Below the pieces are notes generated by a model. The model was given only the letters and a program-made list of their open reading frames with translations. It did not search any database and had not been told where the DNA came from. From contig CAVRDX010000003.1 in assembly GCA_963719945.1 (NCBI GenBank), positions 1 to 64,000 on the forward strand: a stretch of 64,000 nt of DNA, written 5' to 3'. Below, one piece after another: positions 19,348-30,185 of this stretch. The stretch is from an uncultured Thermoplasmata archaeon. Its GTDB lineage: Archaea > Thermoplasmatota > Thermoplasmata > UBA10834. Positions within the stretch are counted from its first letter, which is position 1; each line of letters starts with the position of its first letter. Both the position numbers and the translations under genes were made by a program.

Positions 19348-19421
19348 CGACTTTTGTGCCCCCGTGGCGGCGAAAGAGTAAAATATACTTTCAATATTTC
19401 AAGTTTGCTTTAGGTGCGCCG

Positions 19422-20486
19422 ATGAAACCTCTGAAATCGTATATCGAATCGACAATTGATCCAGACGCCTCGTCAATCGCTGCGTCCAAGATCCGACAGA
19501 GTAGTCTCACAAAGCCCCCTGGCAGTCTTGGGAAGGTTGAGGACCTGTCCATCAGATTGGCGGGAATATATCGGACGAGCACACCTACGATCGGCAAGAA
19601 GATGATATTCACCATGGCTGCCGACCATGGGATCACAGAGGAAGGCGTCAGCGCGTACCCCTCAGAAGTGACGGCCCAGATGGTGATGAACTTCGCCAAT
19701 GGCGGCGCCGCGATCAATGTGCTTGCGAAACATGTCGATGCAGAGATCAAGGTCATAGATGTCGGAGTGAAATCCGAAATGGAGTGGCCCCACAACATAG
19801 TTCGACGAAAAGTCAAGCACGGGACGGACAACTTCGCGATCGGTCCCGCGATGACTCATGATGAAGCGAGGACGGTGATCGAGATCGGTGCCGAACTCGC
19901 AGAATCCGCGGTCGCTGATGGTGTGAATGCGATAGCCATCGGTGACATGGGGATCGGCAACACGACGGCAGCAAGTGCAATAACATCTGTATTGACAGGC
20001 CGGTCTGTATCCGATGTGACCGGTCGTGGAACGGGAATCGACGATACCCGACTTGCGACTAAAGTGGCCGTGATCGAAAAATCTCTGAAACTGAATTCTC
20101 CTGATTCATCAAACGGTCTGGATGTGCTATCCAAGATCGGCGGGTTGGAGATCGGTGGTCTGGCAGGGGTCATCATAGGGGCCGCAGCCAACCGTGTCCC
20201 GGTATTCTTGGACGGGTTCGTTTCAAGCTCAGCGGCCCTGATTGCCGACGTCATTTCTCCAAAGTGCCGTGGCTACATGATTGCCTCTCATCTTTCGGTC
20301 GAGCCAGGACATGCGGTTCTCTTGAAGCACCTCGGTCTGACCCCTCTCCTGGATCTCAACATGAGGTTGGGTGAGGGTACTGGTGCCGCATTGGCGATGT
20401 CTATCGCTGAGGCGTCCTGTAAGATACTCGGAGATATGGCGACTTTCGAAGGAGCCAAGGTTTCGAAATCAATCAAGGAGGTATGA
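19422..20486 (+). CDS. cobT: Nicotinate-nucleotide:dimethylbenzimidazole phosphoribosyltransferase (bacterial type)
   Basis: LTKPPGSLG, AADHG, GDMGIGNTT, MRLGEGTGA. ATG 19422 follows SD AGGTG. Confidence 0.95.
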   Translation: MKPLKSYIESTIDPDASSIAASKIRQSSLTKPPGSLGKVEDLSIRLAGIYRTSTPTIGKKMIFTMAADHGITEEGVSAYPSEVTAQMVMNFANGGAAINVLAKHVDAEIKVIDVGVKSEMEWPHNIVRRKVKHGTDNFAIGPAMTHDEARTVIEIGAELAESAVADGVNAIAIGDMGIGNTTAASAITSVLTGRSVSDVTGRGTGIDDTRLATKVAVIEKSLKLNSPDSSNGLDVLSKIGGLEIGGLAGVIIGAAANRVPVFLDGFVSSSAALIADVISPKCRGYMIASHLSVEPGHAVLLKHLGLTPLLDLNMRLGEGTGAALAMSIAEASCKILGDMATFEGAKVSKSIKEV

Positions 20487-20489
20487 AGA

Positions 20490-21485
20490 ATGAAAGAGCG
20501 GAATGGTACGATGGCGACGAGCAGCATGATCATTGTCATTGCAGTTGTCATCTCGGCGGTGGCATCCTTCTCTGGAGGATACTACTTGGGAACTATGAAC
20601 GACGAGGAAGTCGCCGAGGAATCGGATGATTCGATCTCCATCGAGCTGGATGATGAAGGCGCTGTAGTGAGCATGACGATTACCGATGATTACAACCGGA
20701 CAATAACTCTGTCCGGTATTCCTCAGAGGATAGTGTCTATTGCACCCACGACAACGGAGATACTCTTCGCAGTGGGCGCCGGGGATCAGGTGGTGGGGGT
20801 GGATGACTATAGCGACTATCCTGCGGAAGCGCTCACGAAGACAAGCGTCGGCAGCTTCCAGCTCAGTATCGAGACGATACTCTCGCTCGAGCCTGACTTG
20901 ATCGTCTGCGGTGATCTCGTCCCAGTCGATGATCTCGAACCTCTTGAGGCGCAGGGCATTCCATACTTCGTGTTCGCCACGCGCACCATCGATGCCGTGT
21001 TGAAGGATATTGCTCTCGCGGGAATACTCACCGGACATGTGCAGGAGTCCGAGATTCTGCTGGATGATCTGAGGGCCAGGGTCGATGCGATAACTGAGAA
21101 GACGCTCGATTCCAGCGTTGAGACGCCGAAGGTGTATGTCGAATATTATCCTCTATGGACATATGGTCCAGGATCCTTCGGTGATGACTTGATCCGTCTC
21201 GCAGGTGGCATCAATATCGCCGCAAACACAAGCAGCGAATATCCTGAGGTCACATCTGAGTTCGTGATATCGTCTGACCCTGATGTCATAGTATTCACAC
21301 TAGGGGTCATGACGACGACCACCGCGGATGAGATATCCGAAAGACCAGGGTGGGATCAGATAACTGCCGTTGCTGACGGTGCGATATATTCGATCGATGA
21401 CAATATCGTCAGCAGGTATGGCCCAAGGATAGTGGACGGGCTTGAGCAGTTGGCGGAGCTCATTCATCCCGAACTCTTCGAGTGA
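20490..21485 (+). CDS. btuF: Corrinoid ABC transporter substrate-binding protein
   Basis: PQRIVSIAPTTTEILFAVGAG, SDYP, RYGPRIVDGLE; cob gene context. Confidence 0.88.
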   Translation: MKERNGTMATSSMIIVIAVVISAVASFSGGYYLGTMNDEEVAEESDDSISIELDDEGAVVSMTITDDYNRTITLSGIPQRIVSIAPTTTEILFAVGAGDQVVGVDDYSDYPAEALTKTSVGSFQLSIETILSLEPDLIVCGDLVPVDDLEPLEAQGIPYFVFATRTIDAVLKDIALAGILTGHVQESEILLDDLRARVDAITEKTLDSSVETPKVYVEYYPLWTYGPGSFGDDLIRLAGGINIAANTSSEYPEVTSEFVISSDPDVIVFTLGVMTTTTADEISERPGWDQITAVADGAIYSIDDNIVSRYGPRIVDGLEQLAELIHPELFE

Positions 21486-21497
21486 GGGAGTGATCAT

Positions 21498-22580
21498 TTG
21501 GTGGGCAGCACGGCACGAGAACAATCAGATCCGGACGGACAGCGACCCGTGATGGGTGGAAGACGTCCGGTTCTCGTATTGTCTGGATTATGTGTCGTGC
21601 TCGCCGCAACCTTTCTTATTGCCATTCTGGTAGGATACCGGGGACCTATCGGGCCATCCGTGGACAACCGTCTGTCCTTTGAGCAGGCCATCAACGGCAT
21701 ATTCGACAGCACATCTGCCGAAGCCTGGATATTCTGGGACGTCAGGATCCCGAGGGTGGCGCTTGCTGGGCTGATTGGCGCAGGTCTTGCGTGTGCTGGA
21801 ACAGCGATGCAGGCAGTGTTCAGGAATTCTATGGCGGATCCGTTCATAATCGGAGTCTCATCCGGGGCAGCGGTCGGTGCTGCTAGCGCGGGTTTGATCG
21901 GTCTGACTGTTGTGTTTGGTGTGTACGCTTCGCCATTGCTCGCGTTCGTTTGCGCGATCATTACGGTGTTCGTGGTCTACAGGATGGGGACCGTCCATGG
22001 CCGAGTCTATGTGGATACATTGCTGTTATCCGGTGTCGCCATCGCATCCTTCCTGGGAGCCGTCGTCTCCTTCCTCATATTCATAGCTAGGCAGCAGTTC
22101 GATCAGCTCATAGGTTGGCTGCTCGGAAGCCTTCCTCTTGTGACTTGGACGCAAGTAGGCATAGTCGCACTGCCAGTCATCATCGGTGTCTTCATAATAT
22201 TCGTCTACGGCAGGGAACTGAACGCCCTTCTTCTGGGCGAGGAGACTGCCCACAATCTTGGCGCGAATCCCGAATCACTGAAGCAAATGATGCTCGCTGT
22301 CTCTGCACTCATGACAGCCGCTGCGGTGGCCTTCGTCGGCATCATAGGATTCGTAGGTCTGATAGTCCCGCATATGATGAGGTTGATCGTCGGCGCGGAC
22401 CATCGGATATTGGTCCCGGCAGCAACGATCTTCGGGGCCATCTTCCTGATAGGCGCGGACACCGTTGCGCGAACCATAATCACAGGCCAAGAGTTGCCAG
22501 TGGGCATCATCACAGCTCTGTGCGGAGGACCATTCTTCCTATACTTGCTACGAAGAAGCAGGACCGGGGGCATGTCATGA
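21498..22580 (+). CDS. btuC: Corrinoid ABC transporter permease
   Basis: VRIPRV, FRNSMADPFIIGVSSGA, GIIGFVGLIVPH, ELPVG. Confidence 0.9.
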   Translation: MVGSTAREQSDPDGQRPVMGGRRPVLVLSGLCVVLAATFLIAILVGYRGPIGPSVDNRLSFEQAINGIFDSTSAEAWIFWDVRIPRVALAGLIGAGLACAGTAMQAVFRNSMADPFIIGVSSGAAVGAASAGLIGLTVVFGVYASPLLAFVCAIITVFVVYRMGTVHGRVYVDTLLLSGVAIASFLGAVVSFLIFIARQQFDQLIGWLLGSLPLVTWTQVGIVALPVIIGVFIIFVYGRELNALLLGEETAHNLGANPESLKQMMLAVSALMTAAAVAFVGIIGFVGLIVPHMMRLIVGADHRILVPAATIFGAIFLIGADTVARTIITGQELPVGIITALCGGPFFLYLLRRSRTGGMS

Positions 22581-23824
22581 ATCTCAAGATAGACGGGCTC
22601 TCTTTCTCCTTCGGCCAACGCAGAGTGCTGAAGGATATCTCCCTCGAGGTATCTGACGGAGAATTCGTGGGGCTCATGGGTCCAAACGGGTCAGGAAAGA
22701 CGACCATGCTTCGATGCCTGACCAGATTCCTCCCATCCGAATCCCGCGCAGTGCTGGTCGACATGAAACCCTTGCACACTCTGACGGATCGCGAAGTCGC
22801 CAGTATCTTCGCAGTGGTTCCTCAGAGCTCCTCGACTGATTTCCCTTTCACCGGCAGGGATATCGTATCCATGGGACGACTCCCCCATATGCGGAGCAGG
22901 CTCTCAGGCGCAAGGAAGGAAGATTCGGATGCGGTGCAGAACGCTCTAGATATCACAGGAGCTGCCCATCTGGCAGATAGAGCTTTCTTCCAATTGAGCG
23001 GTGGTGAGCGCCAGAGGATAGTGATCGCCAGGGCTCTTGCGCAGGAGCCAGCCGCACTCTTGCTGGATGAGCCGACCGTCTACCTCGACATAAGCGGTCA
23101 ATTGGACATGATGGACCTTGTCAAGAGGTTGAACAAGGAGAAGTCCCTGACCATCTTCGCCGTCCTCCATGACATAAATCTCGCTGCCAGATATTGCGAC
23201 CGGATTGCGCTCCTGAATCAGGGACGCCTCGAGATAATCGGGTCTCCGAGCGAGGTCCTGACGCCTGAGATGATCCAGAGCGTATATGGTGTGGAGGTCG
23301 CGGTCAGACGCGATCCGTTCACCAGTTCGATCTACGTGATGCCAAGGACCATTTCCACTTCGGTCGCCAGGCACGGGACCAGGGTACATCTGCTGTGTGG
23401 TGGTGGGTCCGGAGGCCCTCTAATGAAGACCCTATTCGACAACGGATATTCTGTCTCCACCGGAGTTTTGAACGTTCTGGACTCAGATTATGAAATCGCC
23501 AATGAATTGCATATTCCGGTCGTAGCCGAGGTCCCGTTCGCCCAGATAAGTGACGAAGCACATACGGAGAACTTGAGATTGCTCAACGAAGCGTCATTTG
23601 TCATAGTGTCTCCATTCCCAGTGGGTCCGGGGAACTTCAAGAACCTGGAAGCAGCCGAGAAAGCACTGGATATGGGGAAGCGCGTTGTCGTGATCACACC
23701 GAGCGACCCCGAGGCGATAGACTTCGTGGGGGGCAAGGCGACGACCTTCGTGAAGAACTTGATAAACCGAGGTGCATATAAGGTCAGTACCGTGGAAGAG
23801 GCCCTCGGCTCTATACGTTCATAG
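22577..23824 (+). CDS. btuD: Corrinoid ABC transporter ATPase with a C-terminal extension
   Basis: True start MNLKID (ATGA overlap with btuC); GPNGSGKT, LSGGERQR, LLLDEP. Confidence 0.9.
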   Translation: MNLKIDGLSFSFGQRRVLKDISLEVSDGEFVGLMGPNGSGKTTMLRCLTRFLPSESRAVLVDMKPLHTLTDREVASIFAVVPQSSSTDFPFTGRDIVSMGRLPHMRSRLSGARKEDSDAVQNALDITGAAHLADRAFFQLSGGERQRIVIARALAQEPAALLLDEPTVYLDISGQLDMMDLVKRLNKEKSLTIFAVLHDINLAARYCDRIALLNQGRLEIIGSPSEVLTPEMIQSVYGVEVAVRRDPFTSSIYVMPRTISTSVARHGTRVHLLCGGGSGGPLMKTLFDNGYSVSTGVLNVLDSDYEIANELHIPVVAEVPFAQISDEAHTENLRLLNEASFVIVSPFPVGPGNFKNLEAAEKALDMGKRVVVITPSDPEAIDFVGGKATTFVKNLINRGAYKVSTVEEALGSIRS

Positions 23825-23838
23825 GGTGGTGCGATCCC

Positions 23839-24636
23839 TTGGAAGAACTTCCTTTGAGAGATCTGAAGAGAAACACTGAATTGCTCATACTCGTGGAGAT
23901 GCTTCAGACTCCGTCGATCAAACTCAAGGATATCGCTAGCAGGATGGGTGTCACTGTCCAAGCGGTCAGCCAATACATCGCTGCTATGCGGAAGGAAGGT
24001 CTGCTCAGAGAGCAGAAAGGGGTCCTGAGGCCAACCAGGAAGGGCATGCAGATACTGCAGGAGCATTTTGGCCGCATCAAGCAGGATGTGGATTTCGTTC
24101 TCAGGAAGATAAGTGTAGTGGACAGATGCGTTGCTGTCGCAGGATGCAACATCGAGGAAGGTCAGCAGGTAGCTCTCATCATGGAGGATGGAATGCTCCT
24201 GGCATACTCTGGACGCGAGGGGCATTCTACGGGAGTCGCGCGTGAGTCAGCATCTGAAGGTGATGATGTTCTGATCGGCAATCTCGAAGGCATCGTGGAT
24301 ATGGATCTGGGGAGGCTGTTGGTTCTTGAAGCGCCTTCCGAACTAGATGGTGGATCGAAATCAGCGAACATCGAGATGGCTCGACAGAGGATAGATGAGT
24401 TCTCTCCTGGAATGCTCGCAGCGGGGGATACCGTTGGAGCGGCCTTGCTGATGAAGGCGAGCGGGGAGATGCTTACAATACACGCCCCAGTGGAATCTTC
24501 GATGAGCGCCCTGAGCAAAGGGGTGGATGTCGTCTTCTGTGGAACAAGAGAATCAATAGATCTGATGATCGAGGCCGTATCCAAACTCAAATCTGAGACA
24601 GGATACGAGATATCGTGGCATACATTCCATCTCTGA
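23839..24636 (+). CDS. Predicted archaeal wHTH transcriptional regulator (COG1497-like)
   Basis: KDIASRMGVTVQAVSQYI HTH; LEGIVD and ELDGGS C-terminal motifs. Confidence 0.75.
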   Translation: MEELPLRDLKRNTELLILVEMLQTPSIKLKDIASRMGVTVQAVSQYIAAMRKEGLLREQKGVLRPTRKGMQILQEHFGRIKQDVDFVLRKISVVDRCVAVAGCNIEEGQQVALIMEDGMLLAYSGREGHSTGVARESASEGDDVLIGNLEGIVDMDLGRLLVLEAPSELDGGSKSANIEMARQRIDEFSPGMLAAGDTVGAALLMKASGEMLTIHAPVESSMSALSKGVDVVFCGTRESIDLMIEAVSKLKSETGYEISWHTFHL

Positions 24637-24682
24637 ATATGCGGAACTAAGACTAAATCCTGATTCGTGGATTTCATCCCGG

Positions 24683-25262
24683 GTGAGGGCCGTGAATGTG
24701 GAGGATGCGATTCGGGCTAGGCGTGCGAAGCGCGTGTTTTCTGAAAGACCTATTGGCGACGACGAGGTGGATGCACTCATCGAGTCAGTCAGATTATCCG
24801 CTTCTTGTTTCAACAATCAGCCTTGGAGGCTCGTTTTCTGTCGGGGTTCTGATTCATTGGAATCCGTGAAGGCGTGCTTGGCCAAGGGAAACGTGTGGGC
24901 CACGAGAGCCCAGATGATAATAGTGGTATCAGCCAGAGTATCGGACGACTGTGATCTCAGTGATAGACGGAACTATTCGCTGTTTGATTGCGGACTGGCG
25001 ATCGGTCAACTACAGCTTCGAGCCACTGAGTTGGGCATGATCACGCACCCGATTGCTGGATACGACCCTGCGCGTGTGAAGCAGGCTCTCAAGATTCCGG
25101 AAGAATATGTTGTGATAGCCCTGGTCATATGCGGGCATCCTGGCTCAGATGATTCATTGCTATCGGAGAAGCAGAAGGCCGCGGAACAAGAACTGTCCGG
25201 CTCGCAAGCCAGAAGACGAGAACATGTTCATGGATGTCTGGGGCAGACAGTCTGTTGGTTGA
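24683..25262 (+). CDS. Nitroreductase-family protein with a 1-nt insertion near 25194
   Basis: IRARRAKR, SASCFNNQPWR, HPIAGYD. Removing T25194 restores ERPARKPEDENMFMDVWG and TGA 25260-25262. Confidence 0.85.
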
Positions 25263-25375
25263 GGTCGCATAAATCTGGCACCTGTATCCACCTCATTTCC
25301 CCTCACTACTGGCCTTCGAGAAGACATATATCCTGCCTGTTACCATGGGGACTCGATCAAGGAGGCACGCCGCTT

Positions 25376-26311
25376 ATGATGAGGCTCTACCGCACAGAGA
25401 AGGGCGAATTGAAGGAAGTAGAGAAGGTCGGATTCAGAGATGTACTCTGGATAGACTTGGTGGCCCCCTCCCCGGAAGAGGTCGAGATACTCCACAAGGA
25501 GTTTGAGATCTCGCTACAGGACCTGGCTGATTGTCTGGACCCTAACGAACGGTCCAGGGTCGATATCGATGAGAAGTACGATCTGCTGGTGCTCAGAAGT
25601 CTTTTGACCGACGAACGTTCGCCTGACAGGATTCAGACCATGCCTATAGGCATCATAGTGACTCCGAAACATGTCATAACGGTGAGGATCGGAGCGTCAT
25701 TCCATGGTCACGAGATCACATCTGACCTCAAGAAGAAACCACATTTCGACAGCAAGGAAGATCTGTTCCTATCATTGATCCGCAAGGTCCATCGCGACAT
25801 CGAACGTACTGTTCGTCCGATGGAACGGAAGATCTCTTCGATTCAGGACATGAATCTCGCTGCCAACAGTGCAACCATGGCGAACAGCGCCTTCGCGTTG
25901 AGCAACGGGCTCATCCTTCTGAACACATCATTACTCTCGAACCTGAATGCGATATCTATGATATCTCGGATGCGACAGTTGAAGATGACGAAGGACAAGT
26001 TGGATCTCGCAGAGGACATCGAGAACGATGTCGCTCAGCTCTACGAGATGACTACGATCTACAGGGAGATAATGTCCAACATCCTGACCGCTTATGAATC
26101 CGCGATATCTAACAACCTGAGTTCCATCATGAAGACACTGACTACTATCAGCTTGATCCTTATCCTCCCGACCCTAGTAGCGAGCTTATTCGGAATGAAT
26201 GTCGAGCTGCCCTTCAAAGACGATCCGAACGCGTTCCTATACGTCATAGGTATCTCATCGATATGCGTCATCGGCCTTTGGGTGCTGTTCCGGATGAAGA
26301 AGATTCTATGA
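25376..26311 (+). CDS. corA: CorA-family Mg/Co transporter
   Basis: WIDLVAP, DPNERSR, GMN signature (LFGMNV); own SD GGAGG before MMRLY. Confidence 0.92.
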   Translation: MMRLYRTEKGELKEVEKVGFRDVLWIDLVAPSPEEVEILHKEFEISLQDLADCLDPNERSRVDIDEKYDLLVLRSLLTDERSPDRIQTMPIGIIVTPKHVITVRIGASFHGHEITSDLKKKPHFDSKEDLFLSLIRKVHRDIERTVRPMERKISSIQDMNLAANSATMANSAFALSNGLILLNTSLLSNLNAISMISRMRQLKMTKDKLDLAEDIENDVAQLYEMTTIYREIMSNILTAYESAISNNLSSIMKTLTTISLILILPTLVASLFGMNVELPFKDDPNAFLYVIGISSICVIGLWVLFRMKKIL

Positions 26312-26470
26312 CCCAGTCTGGTCCAAGGGCATGAATTCCCACAATAGGCAGCGTCCGTCGTCTCCCTAACCCAATATCGCCCCGAAGAATGTGATTTTCA
26401 AGGCATTCAAATGGGTGATGCCAGCGTACTTATTATACACCGTGAAGACATATGGATAGTAAGATGTGAC

Positions 26471-26761
26471 ATGGTATCCTCTGTTGACACAGTCCTAGGA
26501 CTGCTGTTGGGCATATCAGTATTCCTTTTCTTGCTCTCCTCGATAGCCTACAGGAGGAGCGGAGTAAGGCGCATGCTCCTGCTCTCAGAGGGTCTCATCG
26601 TCCACATTTCCTTCTCTGTCATTGTCATAGCCTCATCCTATGCGACTGACTGGCTGGAGAATGTCGAGTCGACAGCTCTCGTGGTCGCTGATATCGCGGT
26701 CCTTGCCGCTGTTTTGTTTCTCGGTTTGATTGGAGGTAGGACTGATGTCGGATCCACTTGA
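26471..26761 (+). CDS. Small three-TM protein coupled to the wHTH regulator
   Basis: Three hydrophobic helices, AYRR motif; overlaps the next gene. Confidence 0.7.
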   Translation: MVSSVDTVLGLLLGISVFLFLLSSIAYRRSGVRRMLLLSEGLIVHISFSVIVIASSYATDWLENVESTALVVADIAVLAAVLFLGLIGGRTDVGST

Positions 26762-27320
26762 GCTCGAAAATCGCAAGAGGATCTTCGAATGCATCCGGAG
26801 CAGTCCTGGCATACATTTCCGGGAGATACAGAGACGGACCAATCAGCCAATCGGGGTACTGGAATATCATCTCAACTATCTCGTGCAGAAGGACATACTG
26901 ACACTCGATAAGCAAGAGAGCTTCTCCAGATACTTCCCCGCAGGTCAGATGAACGCTGATAAGCAGAGGATACTATCTGCCCTCAGGCAGGAGATACCGC
27001 GTGGGATCGTCCTCTATCTGCTCAGAAACCCTGATTCAACGCATGGCGAACTTCTCAAGAATTTCACGATCTCTGGGGGCACCTTGTCCTACCACCTAAA
27101 GAAGATGGTCAACAAAGGTATCATCAAGATTGAGAAGATGGGTCGAGAATCTCGATTGACGGTCATCGATCCAGATAAGGTAGCGGATCTCTTGATCGTT
27201 TACAGACGCACTTTCCTCGACAGGTTAGTGGACGAGTTCGTCGCATTCTATGTCGAAAAGAAGGGTCATGTAGCCTCATCGCCTTCGGAAAAGGATGAGT
27301 TGATTGAAGGTCCAGAGTGA
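26745..27320 (+). CDS. Double winged-HTH (ArsR-like) transcriptional regulator
   Basis: LELENRKRIF...PGIHFREI...LEYHL plus a second TLSYHLKK HTH; SD GGAGGT. Confidence 0.88.
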   Translation: MSDPLELENRKRIFECIRSSPGIHFREIQRRTNQPIGVLEYHLNYLVQKDILTLDKQESFSRYFPAGQMNADKQRILSALRQEIPRGIVLYLLRNPDSTHGELLKNFTISGGTLSYHLKKMVNKGIIKIEKMGRESRLTVIDPDKVADLLIVYRRTFLDRLVDEFVAFYVEKKGHVASSPSEKDELIEGPE

Positions 27321-27327
27321 GGCCGCT

Positions 27328-28566
27328 CTACTTCTTCCTGTAGTATCGGTTCTTCTCGAGCGAGACAAGGTCTGCTGGATCCTCATCCGAGCTTCTCTTC
27401 CTGACGGCCATATAGATGCCCGCCCCGCTCGCAGCGGCAAAGCCGATAAGAATGCCAACCATGGTGGACATGGCAGACGTGCCTATGATGCTGCCATCGG
27501 GCAGAATCACGATGATCGTATCAGATGTTCCGAACAGACCCAGGCTCGGATCATGCAGGATACTGGCAGTTTCGTTGTCTATCGGTGTCGCTAGGTACAC
27601 TTTCAATGCAGTGCCATCGGTCCTGTAGTATGCGGAGACATTCTCGAGCGATTCGTCCCCGTTTTCCCAGACCTGGAGTGCCTCGCTCGCCCAACAGAAG
27701 AAGCTGTTCGTCTCATTGACTGTCTCATTCTCATCTACGAATGTGAATATCTGCTTGAACTCGCCCCTGTTCTGGAACGGGTGCATGATGAGGGTAGTGC
27801 CATCGGTCTCATTGACCAGTGGATCGCTAATACTGATCTCATCACTCTGATATCCCTGGAACAGATATGGCTCATCCATCGATGTCGGGACGAAGGTCTC
27901 GAAATTCATCTTCATCACACCGAGATCGAGGGCAAGATGATCCGAATAGATGGGCACATTGAAGTCAAGGTTGACATCGAATTTCAGCTCGCTCGAGCCG
28001 TTGACGAGGTAATTCGGTGCGTCGTTGACATCGTAGTTGGATGAGTAGTTGCCAGAAGTTATCGTGAATTCGACAGTCGCATCTGCCCAGTCATCAATTA
28101 TCTCGGTGCCAGGGGTGCCTTGGGCCGGATTTCCTCCGTCGAAAGCTATCCTCCTGTTGATCGGCACGGAAGAGTGCAGAGCAACAGTTATCACGCTTCC
28201 TCTGTCGTCACTTATTTGGACCGGATCATCGATGGTCCAGGTGGCATGCTCGAAAGACGCGTGGTATGGAACGTCTTCAAGCACCAGCATGCCATCATCG
28301 GTTTCGTTGTATCCCAGCACCGATGATACAATCATTCCATATCCCGTCTCATTCGTGGAATTCAGCTCCCTGACAACGACTGCCGGGAGAGTCTTGTTGA
28401 TGGCAATTTCCATGCTGTTGGTTTGGATAACGATGACAAATCCGTTGTCTGAATAAGTCAATCCATCCGCCGCCGTCATTGCGCTCGAAGCAGAGCTCAG
28501 ACTGGTTAGAGCCCCAGAAAAGAGCACAATCGCTACGAATATGGTTGCCAGGAAAGATTTACTCAT
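27328..28566 (-). CDS. Acidic secreted protein with a C-terminal membrane anchor
   Basis: Signal peptide, many NxS/T sites, ELKFDV...LALDL, ILHDPS, TM, tail ending RYYRKK. Confidence 0.8.
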   Translation of the reverse strand: MSKSFLATIFVAIVLFSGALTSLSSASSAMTAADGLTYSDNGFVIVIQTNSMEIAINKTLPAVVVRELNSTNETGYGMIVSSVLGYNETDDGMLVLEDVPYHASFEHATWTIDDPVQISDDRGSVITVALHSSVPINRRIAFDGGNPAQGTPGTEIIDDWADATVEFTITSGNYSSNYDVNDAPNYLVNGSSELKFDVNLDFNVPIYSDHLALDLGVMKMNFETFVPTSMDEPYLFQGYQSDEISISDPLVNETDGTTLIMHPFQNRGEFKQIFTFVDENETVNETNSFFCWASEALQVWENGDESLENVSAYYRTDGTALKVYLATPIDNETASILHDPSLGLFGTSDTIIVILPDGSIIGTSAMSTMVGILIGFAAASGAGIYMAVRKRSSDEDPADLVSLEKNRYYRKK

Positions 28567-28954
28567 TCTGATAACAACATCACGCTTGACTTTATTAATT
28601 CATTTGGTACACAGCTAGAACTTGGATGAATAGACCGTCGAAAAGCGACGTTTTTTGACGGATGTCAACACAAATCGGTCATGATCCTGCATTCGATCAT
28701 TCATGGGTTCTCACATGCTCGTTCGAACGCTACTTCGTATGGGATTGTATCAGTCATGACACATATTGACACCTTTTAATTTCATGTGCAGACGATTTAT
28801 AAGGGGGTCAGTACAGCCCCTAACGTCGTTATTTGGCGGGGATATTTCGAACATTGTACTAACGTTCTTTTCTACTATGAGCGCATTATCCTCTCCTCGC
28901 GTCAGTCCAACACCTGACGCAGGACAAAGGAAAATTGGGGGAGTGATTGCAAAG

Positions 28955-30000
28955 ATGAGAAACACGAGAGTGACAGCTATCGCATTGGCAGCTTTCATGC
29001 TGATCCTGCCATTGTCGATGACGGCGAGTGCTAGCGATGAAGACGGGAAGGGCGGCCAATCATGGTGAGCGTTCCTCAGGGGCGGATGATGGTAGTCAGG
29101 TTATGCCTGTCGGCGTTTATTTCGCAGACAATATGGTCTACGGACCTCAGTGGAGGATTGGAAATTTCGTGCGAATAGAGATGATGGTCTTCGATATGAC
29201 GGCTATGGGACACCTGCGACCGATACGACACCAGCGATACCCGCGGTTCCGCAAGATATCTGTACGTCGGATTTTGAATTGTTCGATGATTACACAGATG
29301 GTGCTCGTGGACGAATATGATGTACCCGTACTCATGAAGACGGAAACGAGCAAATCGTGTACGATGGCGGAGCTCAGCAGGAAGACATATTGACGGAGTT
29401 CCAGTCGACATCCTTCCGAAGACTAGTATGGTTTCGGTCTTACATTAGGGTCACCATAACTGGCGACTATGGATGAGAGGATGATGAACCGATAGTCCTC
29501 GAGGCTGGATGGGACCTGAGGATAGCATGACGAAGGTTATCGATGAAGGCTGGGCCGAGAAGTCAACAAGGCCGGTCATGTGATCTATGGAACGCTCTGG
29601 GACATTCAAAATGTCTTGAGGATGTTCTATACAGTCAGCGTGGAGCTCGGAGCTGTTCATGGGGATGAAGCCAGTGGATACTTGGAAGTGTGGGCGAGTG
29701 GTACAGCGTCGAAGCACGCGATGGCCACTTCTACATCAGCGAGGACGAACTCAACGATCCAGACCATCCGTTCGTGGACCTCTCGATGGAGTCTATCGGA
29801 CCCGATGTACATCGACTACAAGATCGGCTTCGGCAACTGGAGGACGGCGTTGCATGGATTATAGCTCGGTGACCTGATTCCGCAGGGCTCGGGTGGCGGC
29901 AACAGCGACGAGAGTGGCGGTAACCATGGGAGAAGGCGGAACGGAAACGGCGATCACGACACTCGGTCAGAACGGTAACGGTAGCGGTCGCAAGAGGTAA
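28955..30000 (+). pseudogene. Secreted acidic protein with Gly/Asn-rich tail, broken by many frameshifts (pseudogene or sequencing errors)
   Basis: SD GGGGAGTGA then signal peptide MRNTRVTAIALAAF. Coding fragments switch frame repeatedly and end ...QNGNGSGRKR-TAA. Confidence 0.6.
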
Positions 30001-30088
30001 GCCTCACGCGCGCGCGTGACTCGATAACAAACCCCTTTCCTCATGATTTTTCGATTGTCTATGAACCATTAATAGAGGCTTGTGCTAG

Positions 30089-30109
30089 TTTTTGATACTT
30101 GTACCATAA
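30089..30109 (+). promoter_or_regulatory. Shared upstream motif, copy 1 (TTTTTGATACTTGTACCATAA)
   Basis: 19/21 identical to 32064-32084; both copies lie just upstream of a TATA-like element of a secreted-protein gene. Confidence 0.6.
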
Positions 30110-30185
30110 ACCACTTATCAAGTGCCCCTTGTTGGTCGTCTCAGAAGCGGTCGATACCGTTTCGAAAAGAGAAGGTGAAGGAAAA

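Noticed and set aside
22115-22576. Long N-terminal extensions in the track for btuD (also hypC, hypD, cobY, cobT, trpG, M32)
   Set aside because: They overlap neighbouring genes or promoters; family-typical starts lie downstream.
24683-26311. 542-aa nitroreductase-CorA fusion in the ORF track
   Set aside because: Removing one base (about T25194) restores a normal nitroreductase C-terminus and stop. corA has its own SD, and the bridge translates as non-protein-like sequence.
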